In this document: positions 42,541-55,786 of the stretch, piece by piece
Position numbering within the stretch: the stretch's first letter is position 1
Layout: every line of letters starts with the position of its first letter
From: Eledone cirrhosa
Lineage: Eukaryota
NCBI GenBank assembly: GCA_964016885.1
Contig: OZ024747.1
Span: 69,874,001 to 69,938,000 of the forward strand
Length of the DNA stretch: 64,000 nucleotides
Direction of reading: 5' to 3'
The notes under the pieces: model-generated
Told to the model about the DNA's origin: nothing
Database searches by the model: none
Seen by the model: the letters and a program-made list of their open reading frames with translations, nothing else
Made by a program: the position numbers and the translations under genes

Positions 42541-43472
42541 TCATCATCATCATCATCATCAATGTTTAACGTCCGTGTTCCACGCTTGCATGGGTTTGGA
42601 CGGGGGTAGTCCCACTTGAGGCAAGAGTGATTGTCTTGCTCGCATAGGACTGTCTGGCAGGTTTTCTACAGTTGGATGCCCTTCCTAACACCAACCACAT
42701 TTACAGTGTGGGTCTGGGAGGTTTTTACCGTGTTGCCTACACGGCCACATTACAGCGTGGACTGTGTGTTTTTTTGTCGTGACACCTACACGATCTCATT
42801 TGTTTCGGCCTCGATGGCGCGGCACCAACATAACTTTACATAGAACGGGGTGGTGTGGATCGGGTGGGGGTGGTGGTGGTGGGACGGGGTGTATTTTGTT
42901 AGAGATGCCTACTGGCTGGAGTAGGTTTTACTATATATTTAGGTAAGGCGGGTCTTCTCTGTTACTGAGTACCGCCAAAGGTCTCGGTCCAGTGACATTG
43001 TCTTGGAGAGGTGTAAGTGTGTGATGTCGGAGTTTATCAGCTCGTCCCAGGTTTTTCTAGGTCTGCCTATTCCGTGACTACCGTCTATCTTTATTGCCCT
43101 GCACTTTGTTATACAGCTATCGACTTTCATGCGCATCACGTGTCCATACCAACGTAGCCTTCTCTCGAGTAAACAACATCTGATCCCTCTTATCTCTAAT
43201 TTATTCCTTAGTTCGTTTATGCTTTGCCGTTCACGTATATTACTGTTACACATCCAGCGGAGCATGCAAGCTTCGTTCCTCTCTAGTCTGCGTATATCCT
43301 CTGCACACAATGCCCAGGTCTCACTGCCATGCAGCATTGCTGTTCGTATGCAGGCATCGTACAACCTGCCTTTCATTTTTAGTGAGAACCCTTTAGCAGC
43401 TAATAGTGGTATAAGCTCTCTGAACTTTTTCCAACCAGTTCTGACTCTAGCTACAGTACTTTCAGAGCACCC
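42541..43472 (-). mobile_element. RTE LINE, 5'-truncated, young
   Basis: ORF 42939..43589 C-terminal domain; near identical to 56990-57818. Confidence 0.95.
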
Positions 43473-43516
<44 letters not shown>

Positions 43517-43549
43517 ATATATATATGTGTGTGTGTGTATATATAGTAA

Positions 43550-44278
43550 TAATAATAAATTTGAAGATTAAATCCAAAGAGGGCTCCATAAGGATAAATA
43601 TATATCAAATATATAAGAACCGTAGAGCAAATATTTATTGAAATAACAGATTAAAGTTTAAGCAAAGAATCGCTGCTTTCACCCTTAACGGGATCTTCTG
43701 AAACACTATGCACATTTCAATAGACAGGTTACGTATGAACCTAGTGACATCATCTGGTGTATATTGCATAATTGGTAGGAAGAAACAGAATGAAGGAACT
43801 GAGGATAAAAAAAAATGTTTATTTTTGTTTTTGACTCTCAGGTAATTGAATGTCGTGTTGTAATTTGGGCAGATTACGATGATATATATATAACATGGCC
43901 ATCTTCATCCTACATCATCACACCCAGTCTTGAAGCAGGGCTACTGATCTCCCAGACAGGTGAGGGATAGATGTCTCACTTATGTACAATCTCATTTCCT
44001 ACTGAGTGTACAAGTCAGGTTGTCATATCTTTGAAACAACTGAAGGTTTTCTCAACTGCATTTGGCAAGCTTTCTACAACATTCATATTACCAATGACTT
44101 TACAGTGTGTACTGGTCATGTTTATTTTGTAGATCCCCAACGCTACAGAAACTGTCATGTCTTTGACATCACCAAGTATTTCTCCCTGCCCTTTGTTTGT
44201 ATGCCTTTCCTATCATCAATGCCTTTCCTATCACCAACCATTTTGCAGCATGTACTGCATATGATTATCATGTATATG

Positions 44279-44321
<43 letters not shown>

Positions 44322-44547
44322 TCATCATCGTCGTTTAACGTCCATCGTCCACGCTAGCATCGGTTATATATATACATATATTAAAATAACAGTTTCAGAA
44401 GATCCCGTTAAGGGTGAAAGCAGCGATTATTTGCTTAAACTTTAATCTGTTATTTTAATAAATATTTGGTCTATAGTTCTTATATATCTGATATATATTT
44501 ATCCTTATCGAGCCCTCTTTGGATTTTAGTCTTCACATTTATTATTA
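43550..44547. mobile_element. Inverted ~155-bp arms, each with a CAGAAGA-core HHR-like motif
   Basis: Arms 43550-43704 / 44392-44547. Confidence 0.75.
44391..44441 (+). ncRNA. Hammerhead-like motif, U4A core
   Basis: AGTTT CAGAAGA tCCC gttaa GGGt GAAA GCA gcgattatt TGC TT AAACT. Confidence 0.65.
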
Positions 44548-44578
44548 TATATATATACACACACACACATATATATAT

Positions 44579-44609
<31 letters not shown>

Positions 44610-44853
44610 ATTGGTGGCGACAGGGCACGAGCGGTTCAGTCATACTACCCCTTACCTCCTACAGTAGTAATTCCAATTTAAGAAACAACTTTGATTGACA
44701 GGTGGCGAATGAAAGGAACCAAATATAGGAAGGCCATGAGTGGCCAAAAATACTGACGACGTGTACAATTCTTGTCCACTCATAGAATTACAACAACAGG
44801 ATCTAAGCTGCCGAGTGTAACTGGACATTCGGAAACTTGGCTTCGTAGAATCG

Positions 44854-44950
44854 AGACGTATCTGAGGACATTGCGATTTCAGAGTCAGGTTTGATCATTG
44901 CATCGATCGTGCCTCGAGCTGGTCGCCAGAGAAACGATTGTAATATGTCT
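44854..44950 (+). ncRNA. Type I hammerhead ribozyme with long stem II
   Basis: AGACGTAT CTGAGGA ...GCGATT...GGTCGC... GAAA CGATTG TA ATATGTCT, then AATAAA. Confidence 0.75.
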
Positions 44951-44992
44951 AATAAATTTTATTCGTCGCAACACTGATTCTCCGTTTCTTAT

Positions 44993-45039
<47 letters not shown>

Positions 45040-45563
45040 ATATATAAAGACATTAGTATTCCAGTCAATTAAGTTATGACTTGACCCTGTTAGGGAACTA
45101 AGTAGTGTAGATATGAATATGCTATTGACACAAACAAAATTTGCTTTTGAGGATAAGTGGTATCTTATTACATCCAAATATATGTTCAAAAACTACAGAG
45201 TCCGATATATAATCTTGCACAATAGAAATTAATGAGACTTAATTATTCCATTGTTTTACTAACGTCTCAAAGGGCAAATAAACTAAGCTTTTATTGATAT
45301 AGTGACTAATCAATAGCAGTTATCCAACTGCATGTTATTAGTGTTGACAAAATACCTCCATTCATTTATCCACAGAAACATTCGTATCTATTATATAAAT
45401 ATATGTGATGGGCTTTTACTGTTTTCTTCTCCCAACTTCCATTTATGCGGTCAACTTGAAGCTTTAGTAGAAGGACCATGATGCCACTTAATCATATTGA
45501 ACCAAACAGTTTATTCTTTAACTACTCACTTCTGCTTGTACCTATATATATGTGTGTCTGTGT

Positions 45564-48070
45564 ATCATCATCATCATGATCATTTTACGTCCACTTTTCC
45601 CTGCTTGCAAGGGTGAGATGGATCCTATTCAGCACAGCATCTCTCCACTTGTCACGGTCCTTAGTCATCTCCACCGTGAGCTTCAGCAATTTGAGGTCTG
45701 TTCTCACCACCTCTGCCCATGTTTTTTGTGATCTACCTCTACCACGTCTTCCTTCAACTGGCATTTCTTGGCAATTCTTTACCCAGCGGTCATCCTCCAT
45801 GCGCATCACATGTCCATACCGTCGCAGTCTTCTCTCCTGCACACTACAACTTATCCCTCTTAAACGCAGTTTCTCTCTCAACACATCCATGCTCGGCCAT
45901 TCACGCACATTGACATGCTTGTCTCATTTCTCTCCAGCCATTGCATATCCTCTGCAGTTGCTGCCCATGTCTCACTACCATGCAGCATCGTGCACCTCAC
46001 ACAGGCATCATATAATCGGCCTTTCGTACGCAGGGATAAACCCTTCTTTGTCGGCAGAGAAAGCAGCACCCTAAACTTCTTCCAACCCATCCTTATTCTG
46101 GATACTATGGCCTCAGAACACCCCCTCCCATGCTAATCTGATCACCTAGGTACTGGAAGCTATCAACCACTTCTATAGAACCCACCTGCATTTGAAAAAT
46201 GTGTCTATCAATGTGACTTCTACTGTCAAATTTCCCTGTACATCTACTGCATACGTATTTATCCCTACCTGTTAATTTGCCTGCTATCCCACTACATCTC
46301 TTGTGTACCCAAGATCTGCATTGTGTACATTTTATAGAATTTATGCCAGTTCTTTTTCTGCATATCGAACATGGCCATTTCTCTGGCGGAATCAGAGTTT
46401 TGTCCTCTTTTCTACTCATCAACACTTTTGTCATAGCTAGGTTCCCTCTCAGTCCTCTTAGTTCCAACTGCTGTTACCATAGCTAGAATTTATTCTCTAG
46501 CTCCTCTACTGATTCTGCTATAAGAACCAGATCGTCAGCATAGAGAAGTTCCCATAGACAGCCAGTCTTAAACTCCTCTGTTATGGCTTGGAGGACTATA
46601 ATGAACAAGAGTGGGCTGAGGACCGAACCCTGATGTACTCCTATTTGTATCTGGAATTCCTCCCTAAACTCCATTGCTACCCTCACTTTACTGACAGCAC
46701 CTCTGTATAAAGCTTGCACTGACCCCACAAGCCATTTCTCAACACCTAGTTTCCCTAGGGACCACCAGATGACAGATCAAGGTACCCTATCATAGGCCTT
46801 CTCTAGGTCAACAAAAGCTAAGTATAGTGGCTTGTTCTCTAAGAACCTCTCTTGTAGTTGTATCACTAAGAAGAGGGCATCTGTTGTACTTTTCCCAGGC
46901 ACAAAACCAAACTGCATCTCATCTAGTTTGACCTTTCTCTAATTAGTTGCGCTAATATCCTTTCTGCCACTTTCATAACCTGATCCATCAGTTTTATGCC
47001 CCTATAATTGCTCCTCTCCAGAGCATCCCCTTTACCTTTGTAGCAATTTAGAGAATACTACTGCACTAGTCTTTGGGTATGACACCACCATATATAGCCT
47101 GATTGATGATGCGTGCAACCAGTTTAGTGTCTACGTACCCTGATGCCTTCAGCATCACAGCAACTATCCCCGACGGTCCAGCGGCCTTACCATCTTTCAT
47201 TTCCTTCATCGTCTCTTGGACGTTATATTCGTCAATCTCAATAGCTGGTCCCTCTTCTCTCTCTCCCATTCGTTCTCCTCATTTATCAGTCTCTCATAAT
47301 GACATTTCCAGGCCTCCTTTTTTCTGATCATTCATGACACTAAATACACCGGCATCATTCCGGACACACTTATCTCCAACAACATCCTGATTTGCACTGA
47401 CACACTGCCTTGCAATGTGGAACACTGCACATCTCTGATCTTCCAGTCGCAGAACATTGGCAAACCTCCTACTCTCAGCCTCCCTGCATGCTAAGTACAC
47501 CTGACGTCTAGCTTCTGTCTTACCGGCATATACCCTTCTCTACACCCACCATTTTTCCAAGCCTTCCATGCTAGTCTTTTGTCTCTAATGGCCCTATCTA
47601 CCATGCTGTTCCACCACCAGGTCACTCTCTGTTTGGCTGGAGCTCTGCTCCAGTCACAAGTTTCTTCAGTAACCTGCAGTAAGTTGTCACGTAAGAAATT
47701 CCAGTTATTATCTATGTCATATGACTCTAAATCGTCTTCTTTTTCGTCATACACATCTTGAAGGGCTTTCTTAAATTTATATTTTAGTGAAAGGCCTTTT
47801 AGCTTCCAGACCTTTCTTTTCCACACCTTCCTGTATGTCTCATTCTGTCTCTTGCTTACTGAGATATCACTAACGACTAACCTATGCTGTGGGGTACATT
47901 TTTCCTTGGGGTATGCTTTGGTATTTGACACCATCTGTCTGTCTCGCTGCCTAACTAGGAAGAAGTCAATCTTGCTTATGCGCTCGCCTGATTTGTAGGT
48001 TATTAGGTGATTGGCAGGTTTCTGGAAGTCAGTGCACTTGCATCACAAAATTCAAGAAGCCTCACTCCTT
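45564..48070 (-). mobile_element. RTE LINE (older third subfamily), 5'-truncated and frameshifted
   Basis: End of APE, QGSVLSP, LLYADD, Cys finger, C-terminal domain. Confidence 0.95.
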
Positions 48071-48151
48071 TTATATATATATATAAACATACACATATAT
48101 ATTCATATATATATACATACATACACATATATATTCATATATATATATATA

Positions 48152-48266
48152 TCATCATCATCACCGTTTTACGTCCGTTCTTCCACGCTAGCATGTGTTA
48201 GACAAGTTGTCCTGTTGTGAGCAGTATCTGGCCGGCTGACCATGTATTGCTAAGACACTGCCCACT
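48152..48266 (-). mobile_element. RTE 3'-terminal fragment (41120-type)
   Basis: Matches the reverse complement of ~41935-42026. Confidence 0.8.
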
Positions 48267-48279
48267 GCCATATACATAT

Positions 48280-48859
48280 CCGTCGAAACGGCTTGAGCTC
48301 TGCCGTCAGGGTCATACTTTTTCCTATTACCCACTCTACTACCCTAAGTATTGAGTACTCTGGTGTATTATGGTCCATTTGGTTCCTTACCACAACTCCA
48401 TCGTTATATAGCTCCTACCTCCGTAGTAGAGCACTTTCCGACCATACCACGCCATATCCTGACTTTTCCACCCAGCTCAAGTTTCTTTACCCGCACGATG
48501 CGAAAACACAACATCGACATCTCCACCAAGAACATCCCAGTTCCACCGAGAAAACTTTACCTCCGGATGCTCACGCAAAAAATCGACCTTTTTGCGAAAA
48601 GACTGAGATGGAGAACATTTTTCTACGATAGTTACCGTGACAACCGGGACTTCGGCACCAAGGAGAGATTCGGATTCAATACCTACAAATCTCCCCCACC
48701 GAACCCTATGCTCTCACCCTTCGAGAACGACCTTTTCCAACTGGTCAAGGGTATTAAATTCAAACCCAGACACAACAGATTCCTACAACAACTCCGAGAG
48801 TCCAGAAATAGCCGTCGAAACGGCTTGAGCTCTGCCGTCGGGGTCATACTTTTTCCTAT
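48280..48859 (+). mobile_element. PLE (Naiad-like) partial tandem: repeat + 5' ORF + repeat
   Basis: ORF from 48498 MRKHNIDISTKNIPVP...KRLRWRTFF...FGFNTYKSPP...FENDL...IKFK; direct repeats at 48280-48327 and 48812-48859. Confidence 0.75.
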
Positions 48860-49767
48860 ATATATATATATGCATACACATATATATTCATATATTATAC
48901 ACACATACACACACATATACATATATGAAAAGAGTCAGGACCCTGACGGCTGAGCTCCAGCTGCTAAATCCAACAGCTAAATCCAAACTAACCCACCAAT
49001 ATTAGAATGGTGGGAATCTATCTCTCTCTCTATATATATATGAATTCCAAGATTAAAATAACAAACACAGAGATACAAATACACAGTCTCATTTGTTTCA
49101 TGCTTTTTGGAAAAGGAATCAGTAAAGTTAGTAAAAATGTAAGCTGGAAGTTATTGTAAGAAAAACATATTTATTATGATAGGTGATGTAAAATGGCACA
49201 TAGCCTGGTATATGGGAGGAGGTGCCAAGATGTTTGCAGAGCATCCAAGCCTATCATTAATACTGATAAGTGTGTGTAGATGAAATATATATTTAATATA
49301 ATATAAGATATTAATAAAAATATAAAGCATATATAAAATATATAAAATATATAAAATAAAACATAAAAATAAGTGAATAAAAATGTGGTATACATTCTTA
49401 ATAGTTGTGTTTGTTTCAGGTAAATGTTATACCCATTTGAAACATAAGCAGTATTAGAATTATTAGGGCAGATATTTTAAAGTTAACAAAGCTTTTTTAC
49501 TATTAGTTTTAATATTTTTGATATCAAAACATTTAATAATATTGTTAGCTAACACAGTAATATTGATACTGCAAATTTTACTGTGATCTGTTTACAAACC
49601 TGCCTAATTTCACTTCATTTCACTTTTCAAATGTTCATCTCTCTCTCTCTCATCTTTTTGTCTCTCCCTTACATCTTCTGCCATCTCTCTCTCAGTTTTT
49701 TACTTTGTATTCTCTCTGGCTTCCTCATCTCTTTCACTGTCTCTCTTTCTTCCTCCTTTATTCTTTT

Positions 49768-50183
49768 TTAACACGTTAGCATTTAAACCGGCTATAACCG
49801 GCCAGAACTCTCTTACCTCTTTCTGTTCAAACCGGCTGTAACCGGCTGCTCATACTGAAGTTAAGGTATTGTTTTCAAAATAAATAATATCAAAATCTCA
49901 TAGATTTGATATTATATGAGATAATTATATGAGGTAAAGCTTTTACCGTGAAAATATAATTGTTTCTACTTTTGGCACAAGGCCAACAATTACCCAGTGC
50001 ATTACTGGTACTGTATTTTATCGACCCAGTTAACCTCGACAGGATTTGAACTCAGACTGTAAAGGGATGTAACTATGCTGGAAAGCATGGCATCCAACCC
50101 TCTACCGATACTGCCAATTCACCGCCCTTTTACCATGAAAATAAAATAGTAAATATATAGTAATGTAAATGCTAATGGGTTAA
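49768..50183. mobile_element. TTAA MITE interrupted by SINE A
   Basis: TIR TTAACACGTTAGCATTTA/TAAATGCTAATGGGTTAA; SINE 49958-50127 (-) with TSD TTTTACCRTGAAAATA. Confidence 0.85.
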
Positions 50184-50547
50184 ACACACACACAAACATA
50201 TATATGCATAAATATATATACATACACACGTATACATACAGACACATACATACATGCATGCCTAGATACATAAATAAAACAGGCAGACGATAGCCAAATG
50301 TAAAAAGAAATGAGAGCAAAGAGAACTATGAGATATGGAGACTTTGGAAAAAGACATCCAAAATAATGTGTAAGTTCTTAGTGAATGGTACCTGCTAACA
50401 TGGAGAAATATGCACAAGCTACTGATTCACTGAGACCAACCTTCTGAAAGTTATGCACAATCTGTCTTCCCAAACACTGAAGTCAAAGCCAATAGGGGCA
50501 TATGGCCAGAACATTGTGCACACTTCTTGCACATATAACAAAGAAGG

Positions 50548-50734
50548 TATGGTAAGATACCAGGTAGACCATAATGCATCAGAGTACTCAATACTTAGGG
50601 TAGTAGAGTGAGTAATAGGGAAAAGATTCAGGACCCCGATGGCTGAGCTCTGGTCATTTTGACAGCTAGATCCAAACTCGGATCTAGCTTTCAAAATGGC
50701 CGGAGTTCAGCCGTCAGGGTCCTGAATCTTTTCC

Positions 50735-50737
<3 letters not shown>
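50548..50737. mobile_element. Naiad-like terminal-repeat fold-back, second subfamily
   Basis: Palindrome 50616-50737 with 6-nt loop AAACTC. Confidence 0.8.
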
Positions 50738-50804
<67 letters not shown>

Positions 50805-51098
50805 CTATCTATCTAAGGCGGGTAAAATTCCCGAGATCCATGGACGAGTTCTCTCCAGCGGTCTCTGTCTCTCATTATCGCTGCCATATCCTGCATCTCC
50901 AACAGACCAGTGTCTGTCCTTAGGGCATCAACATATGTTAACCTTGGTCTTCCTCTTCTAGCGTGTCCATGTAGGGGCTCCCAAAGGAGCACTGAGTGCA
51001 ATGTCAACTCTGGATGTCGGTGAGCATGTCCAGCCAACCTCAGTCTCCTCTGTGTCACTTTTGAGCTGACTTTTGGGATGCTCCCATACAGCTCTGAG
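50805..51098 (-). mobile_element. RTE/RTEX-type LINE 3' fragment
   Basis: ELYGSIPKVS...RRLRLAGHAHRH...LLWEP...RGRPRLTYVDAL..DTG...DRDRWR; (TAGA) tail. Confidence 0.85.
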
Positions 51099-51704
51099 TA
51101 TATATATATAATTTCAGCCAGATCGTATTTCGGCGGCGGCCAAAACAAGACGAAATGCAATTTTCGAGATATGCCGGCAAGCTCTCAATGGACTAGGAAG
51201 AAGCCAGAGCAATTAACATACGTTGTAAGGGCCAGACACATTATAAAAAATGGTGTAAATTGACAAGCCAGGCAGCCAAAAAAACGAACAAGCTAAACAG
51301 GTTAAAAAAAATGTTTACCTGGACCTTCCTGGAACTTGGTGGTAAAATCCAGTGGGAGGTTTCTGTGACTTCTAAATCAAGTATACTGTCTGCTTTCGTT
51401 GTAAGCTTTTGGTATAATGATCGAACAAGGTAGACACTTTGTCAACAGGTTTGCTTTCAACTACCTACCAGGTTCAAATGAAGCATTAGTGAAGCCACTA
51501 CCTCACATGTTTACCCTGCAAGGGAGGTAACCTCTGTTTTTGGCGAGTGCATTCAAAATGTGTAAAGGATTTTAAAAAAATTGCAAAAAAACTGCACAAA
51601 TCGAAGTAAGCTCTCAACCGGGTTGTTTTAAAATAAACTTAAGCAATTAATATATATATATATGTGTGTGTCAGGGTAACCACAGTAAGTAAGGTAATCA
51701 ATAC

Positions 51705-51743
51705 CTGATGATTTCCTTGGAATGAAACAGTTCTAGTCCTGTA
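51705..51743 (+). ncRNA. Hammerhead core lacking a good stem I
   Basis: CTGATGA tTTC cttg GAAt GAAA CAG ttctagtc CTG TA. Confidence 0.5.
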
Positions 51744-53519
51744 GAAGCCATTTCTATATTAAATTCTCTCTCTCTATATATATATATAGATATTAGTATG
51801 TGCATGTGACTGTGTGCATACAAGCACACACACAGACACATATATGTATATTGTTAGATAAGTAGATCTTGTAAGTACACTTATACTCATAATTCTTACT
51901 TAATGCATCCAACTATTTGAAAGATATATTTGTAAATGTGTTAATTTGTGGTTTTGGGTTGATGCTCTTGTATCTTTCTCTATACCAGTGAGCATTTTTT
52001 ATATCTATACTGGTTTTATGGTCAATTCTCATATATTCTGAAATAAGCTTGAACATATTGCAGTAACTACATTTATAATCATTGGAATATTTTCACGACT
52101 TAAATAACAGTCCAAATCTTATATGTGTAATCGCATGTATACAATATAAGTTACGTATTCAGTTAATGCATACTTTTATCTCATAACAATATTTCATAAT
52201 CAAGCAGAAATTCATATAATGCTGGTGATTCTATTTCGATATGCAATTTAAATTTTGTCATAGCTTTACTCTATTGTTTAATTAATGAATGTATATGAAA
52301 AGTGTCACATATTTTTGTTGTTGTTTTAACTGCCTGTCAGGCATAATAAATTAGAGCTATATTGAAATACAATCCAGCAATGACCATCAAGGGTTTTCCC
52401 CTTGGCATTCTGAAGCTAGGTTCATATTATCTGCTGTTTTCTTTATTTTTATGGCAGGTAGTGTGTAATTCAAGAAGGGAATTTGTTGCTATTTTAAGCA
52501 GGTTGAACCACTAAGTAAAGAATGATTTATTGGCTACAAAGGTTTTAGTCTTTTGTGTTCTGTGAGGCCAAGGAAATTCCAGACCTGCCAACCTCCAAAA
52601 ACCCAAACGGGGAGTACCATGAGAAAACGATTTTACATAATGAAAGCTATACCCATTTTCACAAGAGAAGACATCTCTCACCCACCCCAAAGTATCCCTG
52701 TTGGATGGGGAGAGTAGACAGGTGTGCAATTCACTTAATTCTTGGATGGTTCAGTCTATCTAACTGAAGATTGACAGAATGTTGATAGAAATACAATCCA
52801 ACTACACCATACATTGATAAGTCCTATAAAGCAGACAAGTTGTTTGGTATACTAATGTATGGTCTAATAATACCAAAACATGTTTGTGGCTTTCACTTTT
52901 CTTACTAACAAAGATTATATATTTATTTGAGCTTGAAATTTAAGTTTTCTTAATTAATTCTTAATTCCTTGAAAATATTTCTCTTTTTTCACAGAAAATC
53001 GCAAGTTTTTGGTTTTTCCTTCTTGAACTAAGAAGCAAAATCCAATTAATTATGGAATTTTTGTGTAATTCAAAACATCACTATCAATCTTAAACAGCTT
53101 CATAGATATTCCCTCATTTATTTAAAGAAATGTTTCTTCTGTTGTAAGTGTAGCTATTCTCAAAAATTTATTCCTTCTCACTCAAGCACTAGCAGCCATG
53201 CTGTCACTAGCAGCAAAACTAATTATATCACCAAGGTAACTAAAATTATCTACTAATTCCTGCAATACATCGAAGCAATCATTGCCCTACCATTCTTGGC
53301 TGCATTTACTGATAGCTATTCTGGTGCATTTAGTGCAGCTAAATTTCGGCTCATGAATCAACGCAATAAAGACACACACTACCTATTATATAACTATTTT
53401 TGAACAGATTACATAAATTTCAGTTACTTTCTAGATTTTTCCTGATTATAAAGTAAGGCCATACATATATATATATACATGCACACATACATACATACAC
53501 ACATACATACACACATACA

Positions 53520-53776
53520 CACATACATACATACATACATACATGGTGGCTGCCAACTCGTTTTCGAGTACGGCCAGTACTTTATATCCATGTAGGAGAA
53601 CCCCTACCAATGCGCTGAACGAGTGTGACTTTTTAGTCCAGCCAGCGACTTGAAAACTCTGGTACAAACACTACACTTGTGACAATTATTGACACACAGT
53701 GCTGGGCCCATGGTACCATGTGACGACAAGTGCAGAGAGATCTCCAGATATAAAGCAATGCCTGTGCCGTGAAGCA
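53520..53776 (-). mobile_element. RTE-type LINE 3' end with terminal C2H2 finger
   Basis: CSVCTRVFKSLAGLKSHTRSAH; short 3' UTR; (ATGT)n tail. Confidence 0.65.
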
Positions 53777-53820
53777 TATATATATATATACATGCACACA
53801 TACATACATACATACATACA

Positions 53821-54135
53821 TACGGACCATTGATGAGGAGTTTACAAATCCAGTATCCAAGATACACCTTTAGCTTCATACCCATCATTATTGGAGCTAC
53901 GGGTTATATACCAACCCTCTTGGACCAAAGTATGACTGCACTGGGATTTGCGGACAAAAAGCGCAGCTCTCTAATTCATAGTCTACAAATGGCTGCGATA
54001 GCTGTCACCTTCAAAATTTGCAAAACATTCTTGCGATTCAAGGGGTGACAATTTCTTTTCTTTTACAACCTTGCCACCAGGAAGGTGGCCGGTCAAAAAA
54101 AATATACTCGAAATTAAGAGAAAGAGATAACAACA
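53821..54135 (+). mobile_element. RLE-type (R4/Dong-like) non-LTR 3' fragment
   Basis: YGPLMRSLQIQYPRYTFSFIPIIIGATGYIP...LQMAAIAVTFKICKTFL. Confidence 0.7.
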
Positions 54136-54482
54136 TACATACATATATGATAATAAACTTGTCGTTAGAATGTTGGATATTAGATCTGGGTATATGTGTC
54201 ATGAGTTTAAACCATGCCAACAACCTGTTTGCTTTTTATCTTTTCAGAATTGATAAAAAATGTATCAGGCTATTACTAGCACAGCCTCTCTTCTTTCATC
54301 TCTCACATCTTGCATGCTTTGCAGAATGAAGGAAGGAAGGGCTAAGAGGGTGTCAGTGTCTGATTGCAACTGCATGGGCATCTAAAACTCTCAGCAAAAG
54401 CATGTTACATACCATTAAGTCTAAATCATACTCAATTGTGATTGACTGCTGTAGTTATATATATATATATACACACACACAT

Positions 54483-54771
54483 ATCATCATCATCATCATC
54501 ATCATCAACGTTAACTTGCATGGGTTTGGACGGGGGTTTTCCCACTTGAGGCAAGAGTGATTGTCTTGCTCGCATAGGACTGTCTGGCATGTTTTCTACA
54601 GTTGGATGCCCTTCCTAACACCAACCACATTTACAGTGTGGGTCTGGGAGGTTTTTACCGTGTTGCCTACACGGCCACATTACAGCGTGGACTGTGTGTT
54701 TTTTTGTCGTGACACCTACACAATCTCATTTGTTTCGGCCTGGATGGTGTGGCACCAACATAACTTTACAT
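54483..54771 (-). mobile_element. RTE 3' UTR fragment
   Basis: Matches 59114-59412. Confidence 0.9.
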
Positions 54772-54956
54772 AACTATATATATATATACACACACATATA
54801 TATATACACATATATATACACATGGATATAAACATATACACACATATATATATACACACACACATATATATTAGAAAAGAGAAGTAAAGTTCTATACAAA
54901 ACTGTGGATATATATATACAAGCTCGAAGAGCAAATATTTATTGGTACAGATAAAA

Positions 54957-55007
54957 AGTTTAAGCAAAATATTTTTGCTTTCACTCTAAGCGGGATCATC
55001 TGAGACT
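54957..55007 (-). ncRNA. Hammerhead-like motif, U4A core (diverged relative of 44391)
   Basis: Minus: AGTCT CAGATGA tcccgcttagagt GAAA GCAAAA ata TTTTGC TT AAACT. Confidence 0.6.
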
Positions 55008-55786
55008 GAGTAAAATGAATTTGTAGATGCAGGAGAAACTATTTCTTAAAGATTATGATGAAATAATGCCTTTAGAAAGCAGGAAGACATAAGGGTAATG
55101 AATGAGGGCATTCTCTTGAGATGAGCGAAATGTATACAAGAAGAATTACGTCATTATGTGGAGAGAGAAGAACAAATTATTGCTACGAAAAAACCAGGAG
55201 ACTAATATTCTTTTTAATATAGCTGAATGATTTCCAGATACCATATATGGAAAATGATATTAATAGTAGTAAAATGATTAACATAAAAATACTGAAGGTA
55301 TTAATAATAGTAAAATGATAACATTAATGGTAAATAATAGTAAAATAACATTAATAGTAATGATTCCAGATTTAGGCTCATACATAAGTATGCACTAAAC
55401 AGTGTTGATGCATGCTTAAATGAAGATATAGTGTATGAAAATTATACACACACATATATACATATATACACAGACACCTGCACAAATATATAAATATGAA
55501 ATTATATACACAAGGGGTTTCTTCAGTCTGTTTACTAAATTCCACTCACAAGGCAGTTTACAAACCAAGGCCGCAATAGAAGACACATGCACTAATTGCC
55601 ACACAGTGATGCAATCTAAATCCATATTGTAGTGAAGTGAATGCCATAAAAACACCTTGATATATATATACATATATAAAGAGAGAGAGAAACGTGTGTG
55701 TATGTATTAATATATGTTTGTGTATATATATATTTATAATAAAATGTTATAGTTTGCTTGGGGCATTGTATATGATATATAATAAT

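Noticed and set aside
44753-44840. CTGACGA...GAAAC second HHR candidate
   Set aside because: No consistent stems I and III
51110-51650. TA-flanked island, possible DNA transposon
   Set aside because: No TIR, TSD or protein motif recognised
52580-52725. Possible hAT-like MITE (CAGACCTGCCAAC end)
   Set aside because: Second TIR matches only 10/13 and there is no clean 8-bp TSD
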